Positions 62,291 through 64,000 of a DNA stretch of 64,000 bases are shown here, in pieces. This DNA is from Anolis carolinensis (taxonomy: Eukaryota). The position numbers and the translations under genes were made by a program. Location: assembly GCF_035594765.1 (NCBI RefSeq), contig NC_085844.1, positions 240,080,107 to 240,144,106 of the forward strand. The letters run 5' to 3'. Positions within the stretch are counted from its first letter, which is position 1; each line of letters opens with the position of its first letter. The notes under the pieces were generated by a model. It did no database searches, was not told where the DNA came from, and worked only from the letters and a program-made list of their open reading frames with translations.

Positions 62291-62482
62291 AGGCCTTGGA
62301 AGTCAAGCAGGGTTACCATTGGTTAGTACTTAAATGGAAGACCACCAACAAATATCAGTTGCTGTTGACTATATTTCAGTAGACAAAATAGGCAGAACCA
62401 CCTTACTTTTCCTAGCTTATGGAATTTTATTAAATTCACGGGTTTGTCATAAGTTAGCAGGTGACTTAAAGGCACACATGCA
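62290..62482 (+). mobile_element. 5S rRNA-derived SINE
   Basis: CTTGGAAGTCAAGCAGGG..GGTTAGTACTTAAATGGAAGACC followed by a BovB-like tail. Confidence 0.75.
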
Positions 62483-63596
62483 TATAGTTCTTTCCTCCAC
62501 TGATATACAATCAGGATCTGGGAATATTGTTCCAGGAGATTTTGATTACTGCCCAATAAAACTTTCCAGTCATTTATAAACACATTGAATTCTGCTAGTG
62601 TAACAGGATGCTACATTTTCTGGCATTTAGGGTCTTTGCATTGCAATAAAAGTCAGTTTATGTTTTGACTATTTTCTGGGTCACAGAGCATCACTAGAGG
62701 GGGAGGATCACATGAGGAGCATTTGGCAACTTACAAGGTTATTAGTTCTGCTGATTAAAGGGAAGGGGGAAAAGAGTTCTCTAAGTAGCATTTTGCTGAT
62801 TGGTGACCTTAATTAGGTTGTCAAATGGCAAGTGCTAATAAGAGAAAGGATGGCATGCCCAGAGGTGATGAGTAAAGTGTATTGATTCTGCAAGCCACAG
62901 ATTGGAATTTAGTCTACGCTTAAAAGCGGTTTGCAGATAAATATAGCACAGAGCTGCATTTCTCTCCTATGCATCCCAGAAGGCTAACTCCAGCAAAAGG
63001 GCAACCTTCCACAACTTCGGCACTGCTGAGCCATAAAAGGCTCCCTGATCCACCCGGGAACTTTTGCTCTTTGTGTAGGACTGGAAGGGATACCTGAGAC
63101 AACTTGCAGAGCCCAACATCAAATGGTCAACTTGTAGGGTTCTCTTTTAAAAGAACAGGAATTCTGAACGATTGTTATGGTGCAATGTTGCACCATAACA
63201 AAGATGCTACCTAATGATTTTTTTTGTCAAATTCTCTCTAAATCCCATTTGCCAGTAAGCAGTTGCTGAAATCAGTAAAGTTCCATCCGCTCCAATGAGT
63301 GTCAGGATCATAAATCCTGCCATGCTTTAAATTTGCTTTGTATAGTTGATAATGGGGTATGATTTATTATCAGACTAAAAATTGTATGGCCAGATGTGTA
63401 GGAAAGAAATCTGAAAGCAGGAAGCTGACTGCACTGGAGAACTAAAGAGGAGGTGGGCTAACTCCTGAGAACGCTGAATGTTTTCATTAGTTAACAATGG
63501 GAATACAATCATACCTACACATTTGCTGTTTTGTCTTTTTTGGATTTGATTATTCACTGATTCGATCTAAAATGTTTTCTCTAAGAATCTCTAGGT

Positions 63597-63945
63597 CAGT
63601 GGTTCTCAACCTATGGGTCTCCAGGTGTTTTGGCCTACAACTCCCTGAAATCCCAGCCAGTTTACCAGCTCTTAGGATTTCTGGAAGTTGAAAACCAAAA
63701 ACATCTGGAGACCCCAAGTCGAGAACCACTGTGTTAGATCATGGTGGTGGAATGTAAAGCTCCACCATGTGTAACTACACTTCTTGCCTCCCCATGCACT
63801 TAATCTAGTGCAGTGGTTCTCAACCTGTGGGTCCCCAGATGTTTTGGCCTTCAACTCCCAGAAGTCCTAACAACTAGTAAACTGCCTGGGATTTCTGGGA
63901 GTTGTAGGTCAAAACACCTGGGGACCCACAGGTTGAGAACCACTG
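63597..63945. mobile_element. Two inverted hAT MITEs (63597-63731, 63811-63945) with a shared outer TSD
   Basis: CTCTAGGT at 63589-63596 and 63946-63953; inner flanks differ (TGTTAGAT, ATCTAGTG). Confidence 0.85.
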
Positions 63946-64000
63946 CTCTAGGTCTTCGAAGTGCAATGCTTTGGTCAACTTCACCCAATCATGCTGGGAA

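Noticed and set aside
1-64000. CRISPR arrays, operons, genuine tRNA genes
   Set aside because: Eukaryotic repeat-rich DNA; no regularly spaced repeat-spacer array; tRNA-like boxes occur only as SINE heads.

Overview
Vertebrate non-coding DNA from a squamate; the repeat families match the green anole (Anolis-like). About half of the window is interspersed repeats: Sauria/Squam1, Squam2, Anolis-SINE2 and 5S-derived SINEs; CR1, L2, RTE, L1, Penelope and R4/Dong retroelements; two solo LTRs; and many hAT, Tc1/mariner-pogo and PIF/Harbinger MITEs. There are two assembly gaps. No complete host coding gene is visible. Three minus-strand exon candidates with strong splice signals (53458-53591, 36648-36744, 8191-8515) suggest the window lies in the long 5' introns of a minus-strand gene that I could not identify. 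The only long ORF (58319-59170) is the C-terminus of an R4/Dong retrotransposon inserted in a (TAA)n tract. Most notable: (1) two unrelated solo LTRs each keep an open frame from LTR base 2 that carries an HMGN-like RRSxRL motif near its end; (2) an apparent composite transposon of two inverted hAT MITEs sharing one outer 8-bp TSD; (3) an intact Penelope minimal hammerhead ribozyme; (4) Dong using an L2 tail as its target. Repeat family names come from recalled consensus sequences, not a database search. Boundaries without a stated TSD are approximate.
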